Part shown: positions 8,400-17,777 of the stretch, in pieces | Numbering within the stretch: position 1 is the first letter of the stretch | Layout of the letters: every line of letters begins with the position of its first letter | From: Candidatus Baldrarchaeota archaeon | Lineage (GTDB): Archaea; Asgardarchaeota; Baldrarchaeia; Baldrarchaeales; DXJG01 | Direction of reading: 5' to 3' | Assembly: GCA_019056805.1 (NCBI GenBank) | Contig: DXJG01000001.1 | Coordinates: 90,001-122,000, forward strand | DNA length: 32,000 nucleotides | The notes under the pieces: model-generated | Seen by the model: only the letters and a program-made list of their open reading frames with translations | Database searches by the model: none | Told to the model about the DNA's origin: nothing | Made by a program: the position numbers and the translations under genes

Positions 8400-9450
8400 T
8401 CTTAGTACGCCTCTCTTTGTGGAGAATATACGACATTCTACCGTAAAACACAAGGGGATTCTTTATTGTCCCTTCAGAACACCATTTATGTGTTGGTCTA
8501 CAAATACCGTATGTTTTTAATGTATCACAGTTATGGGCGGTGTATCCTTTACTTTTTGCATGTTTAACATAATATTTTGTTCTCTCTTCGTTAAAATCCG
8601 GCATTTTTCTAAATAAATTCACAACGTCCTCCTCTGCTTTCCCAATATCTAACATAAAAAACATAAGAAATAATCTCTCTACATGACTTAAATTCTCCCC
8701 TCTTTCAGTTCTTTCGAGAATATACTGAATACATGGGGGATAAACACCCCCCGTGATTTCAGCTTTTATCGGGATTTCCCTTATAACCTCTTTTTTATAT
8801 TTTTTAATTAGTTCTTCTATATCTTCCAAGATTCTCATCAATTTATCTGGTAACTCTATAAATCTCTTCGGAACTCTTTTCTCTAAAATCTTTTCCTTAA
8901 AAGCTTCAGCCAATAATCTAGCTAATTCTCGCTTAGTTAATCTTACATAACCATTAGAGACGGGATGATTACACATCTTCCAAGTTATATCGTGAAAATG
9001 AACAGCAGTGCTCAAATAATCCTTAAAATGTAATTTCCACTCGTAGAATTTTACACCCACCCTCTTTATCTCGTATATTAAATTCCAACCATGTTCACTA
9101 ACATTACCCGGCATCCTAGCAATTTCTAATATTTTCTCGTTTTCTTCCTTTTGCAAAAATTGACCAACTCTTTTTGAAAACGCAACAGCAAATCTTCGTC
9201 TTAACCAATCATCGCCAATAGCATCTATAAAAAGCCTAACAACTGGAAACGCTAAAATTTCGGTTTCAAAGTCATTAGAGACATACGTATAGACTCCTTT
9301 AACAATAATGTCTCTTAATATTTGTCGCGCTCTATTAACAATTGCAGGGTACTCATCGGCTAACGTTGCAATATCGATATTAAACTGTCTTACATATTCT
9401 CGTGCAGGTTCTATGCTTGGATATTTAGCTAAATCTTCTTTTGTCAGCAT
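8389..9450 (-). CDS. priL: DNA primase regulatory (large) subunit
   Basis: DLAKYP N-terminus; YPPCI, NLSHVER, and HNCDTLKTYGIC Fe-S domain motifs. Confidence 0.93.
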   Translation of the reverse strand: MLTKEDLAKYPSIEPAREYVRQFNIDIATLADEYPAIVNRARQILRDIIVKGVYTYVSNDFETEILAFPVVRLFIDAIGDDWLRRRFAVAFSKRVGQFLQKEENEKILEIARMPGNVSEHGWNLIYEIKRVGVKFYEWKLHFKDYLSTAVHFHDITWKMCNHPVSNGYVRLTKRELARLLAEAFKEKILEKRVPKRFIELPDKLMRILEDIEELIKKYKKEVIREIPIKAEITGGVYPPCIQYILERTERGENLSHVERLFLMFFMLDIGKAEEDVVNLFRKMPDFNEERTKYYVKHAKSKGYTAHNCDTLKTYGICRPTHKWCSEGTIKNPLVFYGRMSYILHKERRTKNEK

Positions 9451-9467
9451 ATTTCATCAAATGAAAT
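9451..9467. promoter_or_regulatory. Inverted repeat ATTTCAT-N3-ATGAAAT abutting the priL start codon
   Basis: Perfect 7-bp arms directly upstream of ATG 9450. A TTTTATAAA TATA-like run lies about 30 bp upstream on the minus strand. Confidence 0.35.
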
Positions 9468-9500
9468 AAATAATTTTAATTTTTATAAAATCTTCTCAGA

Positions 9501-10253
9501 TTATTCTCCTTCTATTCTTGGAGCTAAGAAGTAGCTTACCCTCCCTCCACCTGGAAGGTTAAAATCGATACGAAGAGGCATATCTGTCGAAAGTTGGAGC
9601 TTTACAGTATCAGCAGCTTTTGCAACTTTAATCATGTCAGCAAGATAGTTCAAAGTATAGGTTGCAGACACTTCTTCCGCAGTTTGAACGTCAAGAAGTG
9701 CTTCGGAATCTTTTCCCATCTCTACAACAACTTCTCCGAGATCACCAACAGCTCTCAAAACCACCTTTTCTGGTTGAACTACAATTTTTACGTGGTCACT
9801 AGTGATTGCAGCATCCTTTACAGCTTCCTGTAGAGCATCAGCTGTGATGATAGCACTAGCTTTAAACTCAACAGCAGGTTCGGGTAGTTCTTCAGCAGTA
9901 ATGTCCAGTAAATGAATACTAAAAGTTCTAACAGTTTTTCCCCGTAACTTTAATTTAAGTCTCTTCTCAGTTTCATCATAAAATATTTCCAAAGTATCCC
10001 CAGTCCTCGCTCTTCTCATAACCTTTTTCATCTCGTCAAGATTTACACCAAGCAAAGTTTCCTTATCGCACTCATACTCATCGAAAGCATCGCTTGGCAG
10101 GACAAAATCCACCATAGCGACGTGTGACGGATCCATAGCTCTCATGCTTAACCCTTCTGGCTTTGCGACAAAGTTAGCTTCATCTACAAGGGTCGATAAT
10201 GCATCAACTATGTATGTCCATGTTTTTGCATTCGAAAGTACAGCCCTAAACAT
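9501..10253 (-). CDS. pcn: Proliferating cell nuclear antigen (sliding clamp)
   Basis: RAMDPSHVAMVD, ATYTLNYLADM, and SYFLAPRIE C-terminus. Confidence 0.97.
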   Translation of the reverse strand: MFRAVLSNAKTWTYIVDALSTLVDEANFVAKPEGLSMRAMDPSHVAMVDFVLPSDAFDEYECDKETLLGVNLDEMKKVMRRARTGDTLEIFYDETEKRLKLKLRGKTVRTFSIHLLDITAEELPEPAVEFKASAIITADALQEAVKDAAITSDHVKIVVQPEKVVLRAVGDLGEVVVEMGKDSEALLDVQTAEEVSATYTLNYLADMIKVAKAADTVKLQLSTDMPLRIDFNLPGGGRVSYFLAPRIEGE

Positions 10254-10256
10254 ATT

Positions 10257-10595
10257 TTATCCCTCCTCAACAAGTTTGCTCTCAACACTTTTAAACTTCT
10301 TTCTCAAATTATATACTTCTTTATAGAGATCAAATTTTAATTTATCCATATTCTGAATGAATTCAGCGTCTATTTCAATTTCACCATCTGTCCTTATAGA
10401 TACTTGTCCTATTACCCTTATCAATTTTCCAGTTTCCACTTCACGGTTCGTTCGAACTCTTACACTACCAGTACCATCATCAAGGATGCACATACCAGGC
10501 CTAGAATCGATAACCACCCCAATAACTCTAACACGTCTATCTTCAAGCTTAATCTCGTTAATTCTCCTATCAACAGCAGGAGTTCTCTTGCTCAA
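10257..10595 (-). CDS. Small single OB-fold protein resembling the RPA14/RPA3 subunit
   Basis: KRTPAVDRRINEI...RVRVIGVV...LDDGTG...GKLIRVIG...IDAEFIQ recalls Thermococcales RPA14 (RRKPAVERKISEI...LDDGTG...VRVIGR...AEVIQ). TTG start at 10595 with a GGAGG SD. Confidence 0.7.
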   Translation of the reverse strand: MSKRTPAVDRRINEIKLEDRRVRVIGVVIDSRPGMCILDDGTGSVRVRTNREVETGKLIRVIGQVSIRTDGEIEIDAEFIQNMDKLKFDLYKEVYNLRKKFKSVESKLVEEG

Positions 10596-10770
10596 GTATT
10601 TTCCTCCAGATATTCCTAGCAATTTTTTCGGCAGTTTTTAAATTTTCCAAAGAGCGGAAAGCATAGTTTTTGGCATTAAACCTATCAGGAATGCGTTCAT
10701 AGCCTTCCTCTAAAATTTTTACAGTTTTCTTTAAAATCTTATATAGAGCTTCAACCTCATAAACTAACAT
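10570..10770 (-). CDS. Small hypothetical helical protein (66 aa)
   Basis: Fills the tfs-RPA14 gap; ATG 10770 is 13 nt after the tfs stop; operon-like codon usage; amphipathic sequence MLVYEVEALYKILKKTVKILEEGY... Confidence 0.55.
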   Translation of the reverse strand: MLVYEVEALYKILKKTVKILEEGYERIPDRFNAKNYAFRSLENLKTAEKIARNIWRKILEQENSCC

Positions 10771-10783
10771 AATAACATCCCTT

Positions 10784-11122
10784 TCAATACTTTCGCCACG
10801 TGTGTCCACATTTAACACATTTATAAAAAGTCGTCATTGCTTCATCCGCTCTTCTAGTTTGAAGCTGCCAATAATAAGCACGGTCATTGCCACACTTTGG
10901 GCATTTAACTTTGGCAATAGGTAAGGTTCTGACTTCTTCTTTCACAACGATCATTTCATCATGAGGACCATGGGTTATACGATGAGTAATACGATATGTA
11001 TTTTCAAGTTCGTTCTTATCTACTTTCTTGACATATCCACAAGATTTACAGCGAAGGACAAGTTTTCCTTCTTCATCCTCGCCTGGCATTAGCAAAGCAC
11101 CACATTTAGGGCAAAACTCCAT
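10784..11122 (-). CDS. tfs: Transcription factor S (RpoM/TFIIS-like)
   Basis: MEFCPKCG...CKSCG N-terminal ribbon; C-terminal CPKCG...QTRRADEAMTTFYKCVKC with the acidic DE dipeptide. GGAGG SD before ATG 11122. Confidence 0.95.
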   Translation of the reverse strand: MEFCPKCGALLMPGEDEEGKLVLRCKSCGYVKKVDKNELENTYRITHRITHGPHDEMIVVKEEVRTLPIAKVKCPKCGNDRAYYWQLQTRRADEAMTTFYKCVKCGHTWRKY

Positions 11123-11164
11123 AGTACTTCCTCCAGAAAAATGGATGTACATCGATAAAACGCA

Positions 11165-11653
11165 TTATGAAACCTTTTTAACTTTTCGCATGGTCAATAA
11201 TGTTTCAATTTTCGGGATTACTTCTTCAAGAAGACGTTTAAACGCTTTAACAGCGGCTTTTACCTCCAACTTTTTATTACTAAAATCTTCAGGATCCATT
11301 TCTTTTCTTAAGATCATAACTGCATCTTTAAGATCAAAAGTTTCTACAAGCCACGCATAAGCTAAAAGAGCTTCCACGGCATCTCCCTTACTATGTCTAT
11401 CACTTCTTTTAGGGAGAATTTTTAATAAACAAGCATCTTCTAAGGCGCGAGATAATACCTTATCCGAAACTTTCCAAGCATCAGGCTTTTTTAATACAAG
11501 AGATTTGGCTAATGAATACATAAAATTTACTAGGGAATCTCCGAGTTTAGCCAAATCTTTATCTTGAACGATTTCTCTTAGAGAATTATAATGATCCATG
11601 TGAAGAATAGTATTCCGCAACATTTGTCTTATATCGTCTATATAAGTCATCAA
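11165..11653 (-). CDS. Archaeal RNase III-like domain protein
   Basis: DKDLAKLGDSLVNF and KGDAVEAL match RNase III signature segments; family commonly found next to rpoL. Confidence 0.75.
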   Translation of the reverse strand: MMTYIDDIRQMLRNTILHMDHYNSLREIVQDKDLAKLGDSLVNFMYSLAKSLVLKKPDAWKVSDKVLSRALEDACLLKILPKRSDRHSKGDAVEALLAYAWLVETFDLKDAVMILRKEMDPEDFSNKKLEVKAAVKAFKRLLEEVIPKIETLLTMRKVKKVS

Positions 11654-11654
11654 A

Positions 11655-11936
11655 TTATCCCTTCAAGGATTTAAGAAGTGTTTTATGAAAATCTTCAGCC
11701 ATATTCTTTATCTTTTTAGCAGCTTCAATAACTACATCAAAAGGATCCTTTCTCCCATTTGTTCTCACATAAACCTTTGGTTTGCCGATTAGAGGATGCT
11801 CTATTCTATAACCGGCAAAAGTAACATCATTGTCCTCAAGTAAAACTTTTCTGAGTAAATTACACAAAGTATGTCCTTCTCCTTCAATCTCAAATTCTAT
11901 TTCCCTTTCATTTTTTGCTAAAATTTTTATTTTCAC
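11655..11936 (-). CDS. rpoL: RNA polymerase subunit L (Rpo11)
   Basis: IEGEGHTLCNLLR...AGYRIEHPL. Confidence 0.96.
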   Translation of the reverse strand: MKIKILAKNEREIEFEIEGEGHTLCNLLRKVLLEDNDVTFAGYRIEHPLIGKPKVYVRTNGRKDPFDVVIEAAKKIKNMAEDFHKTLLKSLKG

Positions 11937-12552
11937 TAGTAAGTACCTCCTTTATAAGTTTTGAACATGTTTCATCAGGCGGAAGCATAGAACCGTATCG
12001 GCCATCATCTAAATATTTAATTATTCCTTTCGAAATAGCTATTTTGAGAATACTTTTACAATCCACACCAGTTATAATCGCTGCAATACATAAAATCTTT
12101 CTTATAATTTTCGGTTGAATATCATGTATTTCATCCATTATCTTCTTGTATTCTCTTGCAAGTTTTACCACTTCCTCGAGTTTAGCGCTAGTTCTGATAG
12201 TATTATTTTGAACATAGACTTTGTAGCCTCTTAATTCTAATATCTTTCCTAAATCTTTAAGAGAAATAGACACTCTACTCTTCTCAGTGATAAGAGAACC
12301 GTCATATCGATACATACCATTTGCATCCTGATACAGAGCATTTCTTATCCTTTTATGAATACTTTTAACCTCGTTCAGAGCAAACTTAATATCATCTTTT
12401 GAACCATAAACTGTAAGGCGAATTTTTTCTCTATCATAACGAGCATAAGTGTTAAAAGATCGTAGATGTTTACGTATAGCCTGTAATATTTCTATTATTT
12501 CCCTATTGCTTTTAACATGTAGAACGATTTCTCTCTTAAGACGTGCACTCAT
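11908..12552 (-). CDS. Conserved archaeal hypothetical protein, probably DUF2067 family
   Basis: Position between csl4 and rpoL, and length, match my recollection of the family; no diagnostic motif checked. Confidence 0.5.
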   Translation of the reverse strand: MSARLKREIVLHVKSNREIIEILQAIRKHLRSFNTYARYDREKIRLTVYGSKDDIKFALNEVKSIHKRIRNALYQDANGMYRYDGSLITEKSRVSISLKDLGKILELRGYKVYVQNNTIRTSAKLEEVVKLAREYKKIMDEIHDIQPKIIRKILCIAAIITGVDCKSILKIAISKGIIKYLDDGRYGSMLPPDETCSKLIKEVLTSENKNFSKK

Positions 12553-12558
12553 AACTGT

Positions 12559-13134
12559 CTACCTTTTAGGTCTTCTATAATCAATAGCCACTTTCCTCGT
12601 TTCGATATGATCACAATTTGCACACCTGAGTTTTCCTTCTCCTTGCCTCTGTAAAATACCTCCACAAAGAGAACAGAAAGCCAAAAGGGCGCCAAATTTC
12701 TTTCCAATAGTAGACAATTGTATGGGAATTGTTATTGCCCTAATAACCCTAGCTCTGATAATGTCTCCAACCTTGTAGGCATCCGGCATGACATTCGTAA
12801 ATGTCTTGCTAACCTGAGAAATGTGGATTACACCAGTAAATGGCGGTGAAACGAGATTTTTATTAATTTGAAAAATTTCCACAGAAGCCATTTGACTTTG
12901 TACATGAGCAACCTTACCCAGAACAACATCTCCAACGCGAGGTATTACCGGTTTTACAATACCGGGTTTATAGACCTTAATTTTCTTATCCACGTGATCA
13001 ATTAATACAAATCCTGCTGAAGCCGCATAAACTTCGCTATTTTCCTCATAAGTACCCTCACCGGGTACAAATTCTTCTATTGTTCCAAGCCTGTCTCCAG
13101 GTAAGACAAAATCTCCAGTTTTTATTTTCTCCAT
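12559..13134 (-). CDS. csl4: Exosome RNA-binding subunit Csl4
   Basis: FVLPGDRLGTIEEFVPGEGTYE; S1 domain GVIHISQV...GDIIRARV; C-terminal CSLC...CANC...ETRKVA ribbon. Confidence 0.95.
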   Translation of the reverse strand: MEKIKTGDFVLPGDRLGTIEEFVPGEGTYEENSEVYAASAGFVLIDHVDKKIKVYKPGIVKPVIPRVGDVVLGKVAHVQSQMASVEIFQINKNLVSPPFTGVIHISQVSKTFTNVMPDAYKVGDIIRARVIRAITIPIQLSTIGKKFGALLAFCSLCGGILQRQGEGKLRCANCDHIETRKVAIDYRRPKR

Positions 13135-13136
13135 AT

Positions 13137-13760
13137 CTAAACACCCTCCTTAACAATTCTGTAAAGATCAACTTTAACTACATGAACTCGTTTTCGATGA
13201 AATCGGAAAGTTGGACGAAGAGGAAGATCCATGCAAATCACGTTATCAATTCTACCACCATATTCTTCAACAAGGTTCTTAATGAATACCCTACTTTTCT
13301 CATTAGATTTATGCAACGAATAAACCACAGATCCTATATCTAAAGCCTTTACAATAAACTTCCTATCAGCACCTCGTTTTTGAACACCAAATGGTGGATT
13401 TTGAATCACCACATCACTTTTACCACTTAAATATTCAATATCACTTAATATCCATTCAACCCTATTCACTACATCGGCAATCACAGAATTAATACGAGCA
13501 ACTCTTAAGGCTTTTGCATCTATATCAACACCCACCACTCTACGAGCACCCAAAGTGGCAGCCCCAATAGCCAGTCTTCCAGTGCCACAACCTAAATCAT
13601 AAATAATTTTTCCTTTGACATCCCCATAAACATAACAAGCAATATAAAGGATATTTGCAGCAACCCTAGCAGGAATAGTATACTGCTCTAACCATACACG
13701 TGGTTCAGGATGTTCCTTTAACTTCTCAAGCAACATTTCAAGCTTCTTACGGGGAATCAT
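13137..13760 (-). CDS. METTL5-family SAM-dependent (rRNA adenine-N6) methyltransferase
   Basis: LEQYTIP, DLGCGTG and NPPFG motifs. Confidence 0.9.
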   Translation of the reverse strand: MIPRKKLEMLLEKLKEHPEPRVWLEQYTIPARVAANILYIACYVYGDVKGKIIYDLGCGTGRLAIGAATLGARRVVGVDIDAKALRVARINSVIADVVNRVEWILSDIEYLSGKSDVVIQNPPFGVQKRGADRKFIVKALDIGSVVYSLHKSNEKSRVFIKNLVEEYGGRIDNVICMDLPLRPTFRFHRKRVHVVKVDLYRIVKEGV

Positions 13761-13801
13761 GTAATCACGACCGCAATACTACAATCAAAATATTTTAGTT
13801 A

Positions 13802-13811
13802 CTTATAAAAG
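13802..13811. promoter_or_regulatory. Candidate bidirectional TATA box between the METTL5 gene and eno
   Basis: CTTATAAAAG reads TTATAAAA on plus and TTTTATAA on minus, within a 79-bp divergent spacer. Confidence 0.45.
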
Positions 13812-13839
13812 ACTCTAATATCTCATAAAAACACAATTC

Positions 13840-15168
13840 ATGACTAAGAAAGTGGTCAAAATGAAAAGCCATTACACCATTACTAAAATAAAAGCAAGAG
13901 AAATCCTAGACAGTAGAGGAAATCCAACCATAGAGGTGGATGTGATAACAGAAGGTGGAGCAATGGGAAGAGCGGCAGTTCCGTCAGGCGCCTCAACTGG
14001 AAGATACGAAGCATTGGAATTAAGAGACGGAGGAAAGAGATATCATGGGAAAGGAGTTCTGAAAGCAGTTAAAAATGTAAATGAAATAATAGCACCAGCA
14101 CTAAAAGGATTTGATGTAAGAAAACAAGAAGAAATAGATAAAAAAATGATCGAACTTGACGGAACTCCAAACAAGTCTAAACTCGGAGCTAATGCCATAC
14201 TTGCAGTCTCCTTAGCAACAGCCAGAACAGCTGCAAACGTCCTGAAAACACCTCTATATAGATACTTATCAAAAGATAAAGATGAACTACTTCTTCCAGT
14301 TCCATTAATGAACATTATAAATGGAGGAAAACATGCAGGAAACAAATTGAACATTCAGGAATTCATGATAATACCACACAGAGGCGGAACCTTTAAAGAG
14401 ACATTAAGAATGGGAGTAGAAGTGTATCACACCCTGAAAAAAATCATAGAGAGAAAATATGGAAGAAATGCTATAAATGTTGGAGATGAAGGTGGATATG
14501 CGCCACCAATGGAACAAACAACAGAAGCGTTAGAAGTTTTAATTAAGAGTATAGAAGAAACAGGATACATGCCTAAAAAGGAGATTTCGTTAGGTCTAGA
14601 TGCTGCAGCAAGCGAATTTTACAATGAGAAAACCAAAAAATATTATTTGGACCAAAAAGAATTCTCAATGGATGAATTAATTGATTACTATACTCAGCTG
14701 ATTGAAACTTATCCAGTAATATCCATAGAGGATCCTTTCCAAGAAGAAGATTTTAAAGCATTTGCTGAATTCACCGGAAAACTCGGAAGTAAGGTGCAAA
14801 TAGTGGGGGATGACCTTTTTGTAACAAATGTGGAAAGATTGGAAAAAGGAATACAAATAGGAGCAGCAAACGCGCTTTTGTTGAAAGTGAATCAGATAGG
14901 AACCTTAACAGAAGCATTAGAAGCAGCGAAAATGGCATACCAACACAATTATGCTGTGGTAGTAAGTCACAGATCAGGAGAGACAGAAGATCCATTCATA
15001 GCTGACCTCGCTGTAGCATTATGTACAGGACAAATAAAAACAGGAGCACCTGCAAGAAGTGACAGAACATCAAAATATAATCAACTACTAAGAATAGAGG
15101 AAGAACTAGGCGAAAAAGCTAGATTTCCAGCAAGCGAATTCAGGACATCATGGAAAAAATATAGGTAA
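13840..15168 (+). CDS. eno: Enolase
   Basis: [57 protein letters not shown]. The start may instead be ATG 13861. Confidence 0.98.
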   Translation: MTKKVVKMKSHYTITKIKAREILDSRGNPTIEVDVITEGGAMGRAAVPSGASTGRYEALELRDGGKRYHGKGVLKAVKNVNEIIAPALKGFDVRKQEEIDKKMIELDGTPNKSKLGANAILAVSLATARTAANVLKTPLYRYLSKDKDELLLPVPLMNIINGGKHAGNKLNIQEFMIIPHRGGTFKETLRMGVEVYHTLKKIIERKYGRNAINVGDEGGYAPPMEQTTEALEVLIKSIEETGYMPKKEISLGLDAAASEFYNEKTKKYYLDQKEFSMDELIDYYTQLIETYPVISIEDPFQEEDFKAFAEFTGKLGSKVQIVGDDLFVTNVERLEKGIQIGAANALLLKVNQIGTLTEALEAAKMAYQHNYAVVVSHRSGETEDPFIADLAVALCTGQIKTGAPARSDRTSKYNQLLRIEEELGEKARFPASEFRTSWKKYR

Positions 15169-15173
15169 TAAAA

Positions 15174-15644
15174 ATGCAACTTAAGGACGAACAAGACATC
15201 ATAGAATTAATAATGAGAATTTTCCCAAAACCTAAGAAAATTGTTGAAGTCGGAGTAGGAAAACTACCAGAAATAGCCGTAAAACTAGCAGAAAAACTAC
15301 CGAAAACAGAAATAATTGTAACAGATATAAATATACAAACAATACAACAACTAAAACAGAGATATCCACAAATCAAATTTGTAAAGGACGATATAACAAG
15401 ACCAGACATTAAAATATACCAGGATAGCGATTTAATTTACTCTATACGTCCACCACCAGAATTAACACCTTACCTGTTGAAACTAGCCAAGAAAGTAGGA
15501 GCTACGCTAATAATAAGACCGCTGAGTTCAGAGACGCACGAAATTCAAACTATGCTAGAAAAATCAAAAGTTACTTACTTCAAAAAAACTACTTTAATAT
15601 TAGTACCTTTCAAAATAAAAATGTACGAAAATAGAGGATCCTAA
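15174..15644 (+). CDS. UPF0146 family protein (methyltransferase-like fold)
   Basis: KIVEVGVG, DDITRPDIKIY, DLIYSIRPPPEL. Confidence 0.85.
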   Translation: MQLKDEQDIIELIMRIFPKPKKIVEVGVGKLPEIAVKLAEKLPKTEIIVTDINIQTIQQLKQRYPQIKFVKDDITRPDIKIYQDSDLIYSIRPPPELTPYLLKLAKKVGATLIIRPLSSETHEIQTMLEKSKVTYFKKTTLILVPFKIKMYENRGS

Positions 15645-15670
15645 AAAGGACTGTTTGATTTTCATCAATA

Positions 15671-16756
15671 CTACACAAAACTCAAACCACTATTTTTATT
15701 ATAGAGCTTTAAAACCTGATTAAAGTATTTTTTCCCGTAGGTTAATGTTATTTGATAAAATTCCCGGTTCTTTTTTATAACCTTCTCTAGTCTTCCTTCT
15801 ACAATTCCTATTTCTCCCTTCCTAAGCTGCATTCGAAATTCCTCTACATAAGACACTATACGTGTAATATTTTTATCCATAAATTTATCACTAGTTTCTA
15901 ATACCTCTATTGGATATATTGAAGGCATAAAATATGAATCTGAATCATCCAAAATCATTACAATAGCTTTAACCCAACCTACAGTTTTTATTTCCTCAAT
16001 TTCATCATACTCATTAGTAATTTCACTCCACTTTCTAACAGGTTCAAACTCAACTTTGACTATTCTACCCAAATAAGGAGAGTTATACACTGCGTAGATA
16101 TTCTTTCTTCTCTGATACCAACCATATTCAGCCTTACTATAGTTTTTAAAGTTCCAGTGAAGCGGCGGCATGCTAAGATCCCATGTCTCAAATTCGTTTT
16201 TTAAACGAGAAGATGTATCCGAGTAAAGAGAATTCAATACCTCCACTAGTTCACGCGTTTCTTTACGTCCATATATGATGAGATCTATATCACTAAATTT
16301 CGGATTGTAAAAATCATGCAATAAGGAGCCAAATACTCCAAAATCAGTAATTTTAAGTTTTGAAACTTCAAAAACTGTATTTAACACTTCTCTCATAGTT
16401 TTTAACAAATCATCATCTTTATTAGAGTTAAAAAGAGCATTAAGTTTTTCGTCAGGTCTACGTAATTCTAAAATTTGATTCTCGGACAATCCAACAAGCC
16501 TTTTGCGGAGTGGATAATAGAAAACTTGATAGTGAGGAAACCGTTCTTTAATAAATCTGAGTCCACCATCGAAGTAAAATTTGTAGTACTTTATCTCTTT
16601 ACCAGTCCTAATTGCTCTAGGATCACTAGTTCTATATATAGTTTCGGGAGCATATTCTACATCACATACGCATGAATTAGGAGGATGATCATAGCCATAA
16701 ACCCTAAAAATGATTCTCTCTCTAGTAACTGGTGCATCTCGATCTCTAACATTCAT
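15671..16756 (-). CDS. Uncharacterised Pol-beta superfamily nucleotidyltransferase (COG1665-like), copy 2
   Basis: RDRD...IFRVYGYDHP N-terminus; GVFGS...SDIDLIIYG catalytic motif. Confidence 0.8.
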   Translation of the reverse strand: MNVRDRDAPVTRERIIFRVYGYDHPPNSCVCDVEYAPETIYRTSDPRAIRTGKEIKYYKFYFDGGLRFIKERFPHYQVFYYPLRKRLVGLSENQILELRRPDEKLNALFNSNKDDDLLKTMREVLNTVFEVSKLKITDFGVFGSLLHDFYNPKFSDIDLIIYGRKETRELVEVLNSLYSDTSSRLKNEFETWDLSMPPLHWNFKNYSKAEYGWYQRRKNIYAVYNSPYLGRIVKVEFEPVRKWSEITNEYDEIEEIKTVGWVKAIVMILDDSDSYFMPSIYPIEVLETSDKFMDKNITRIVSYVEEFRMQLRKGEIGIVEGRLEKVIKKNREFYQITLTYGKKYFNQVLKLYNKNSGLSFV

Positions 16757-16761
16757 TTAAA

Positions 16762-17775
16762 TCACTCACTTTTAACTTCTATATACTCGTCATCTAACCC
16801 TGATCCAACGACAATCCTAAACCATTTTTCTTGTTCACTTTGAACCTGCTCTAACATACCTTTAACAACAATCAAATCCCCATTAAAGGCTATGCTTCTA
16901 AATAATCCAATCATCGAAACAACTTCAGAAATGGCATCAGAATACTCTATGGGACCACTAATGATATCAAGAACTCGAATTTTATATATAGCAGGTCTAA
17001 AAACAGACTCAGTATCGTCAATTACCTTACATAACGCTTTTATCTTTGCTACTGGTTTGTAAATTAATTTTTTACGATTAATTTCTGAAGGAAGTCTAAT
17101 AGCGTTAACTACAAATCTTATGTCATCGTAATATCCGGTGTTTAACCGCCTTTGTTCGTAAAAGGATGTCTTGCTAAGTGTAATTTTTCCGGTCTTGTCC
17201 AGCTTCGCTAAAGTTGCGATCACCTTCCTGAAATTTTTAGCTCCATAAACAGCTAAATCAATATCACTTCCTTCATGCTGCATACCTAAACTTACGGAAC
17301 CATGTATCCCCCAAAATTCTAATGGGACATTAGAGTCTAAAGATAATTCTTTTACAAGTTTCACAGCCATTTCTTCAAGAAAATCCCTAGACTTCTTCCT
17401 TAAAAGCTTGCGCAAACATTCAGAAGGAACAAACACTTGCTTAATTAGAGATTTTGGAACACTTATCAACCACCTACCCAAGGACTCAGAAAAATAAAGA
17501 TATTCTGGAAAATGATCGTTAAAAGCTTTTACAAGCTTTTTATAGTTTTCTGGACTAAAAAGATCTTTAGGTCTGAGAAGATAAATACCTTTGAAATACC
17601 ATTTAATCTTTAACCATTCTATATCAAATTTATGCGCATATTCCTCTGGGATATATTTTAAAAAAGCTAGAATCCTGTTTTTTGGGTGTTCGTAGCCAAA
17701 CGTATAAAATATAAAGTTATGCTTTGTCAATACGATATCCCCATCTCTTAATAGAGGAGGAATCATGCTACTCAT
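16762..17775 (-). CDS. Uncharacterised Pol-beta superfamily nucleotidyltransferase (COG1665-like), copy 1
   Basis: RDGD...[11 protein letters not shown]-terminus; GIHGS...SDIDLAVYG catalytic motif. Confidence 0.8.
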   Translation of the reverse strand: MSSMIPPLLRDGDIVLTKHNFIFYTFGYEHPKNRILAFLKYIPEEYAHKFDIEWLKIKWYFKGIYLLRPKDLFSPENYKKLVKAFNDHFPEYLYFSESLGRWLISVPKSLIKQVFVPSECLRKLLRKKSRDFLEEMAVKLVKELSLDSNVPLEFWGIHGSVSLGMQHEGSDIDLAVYGAKNFRKVIATLAKLDKTGKITLSKTSFYEQRRLNTGYYDDIRFVVNAIRLPSEINRKKLIYKPVAKIKALCKVIDDTESVFRPAIYKIRVLDIISGPIEYSDAISEVVSMIGLFRSIAFNGDLIVVKGMLEQVQSEQEKWFRIVVGSGLDDEYIEVKSE

Positions 17776-17777
17776 AG

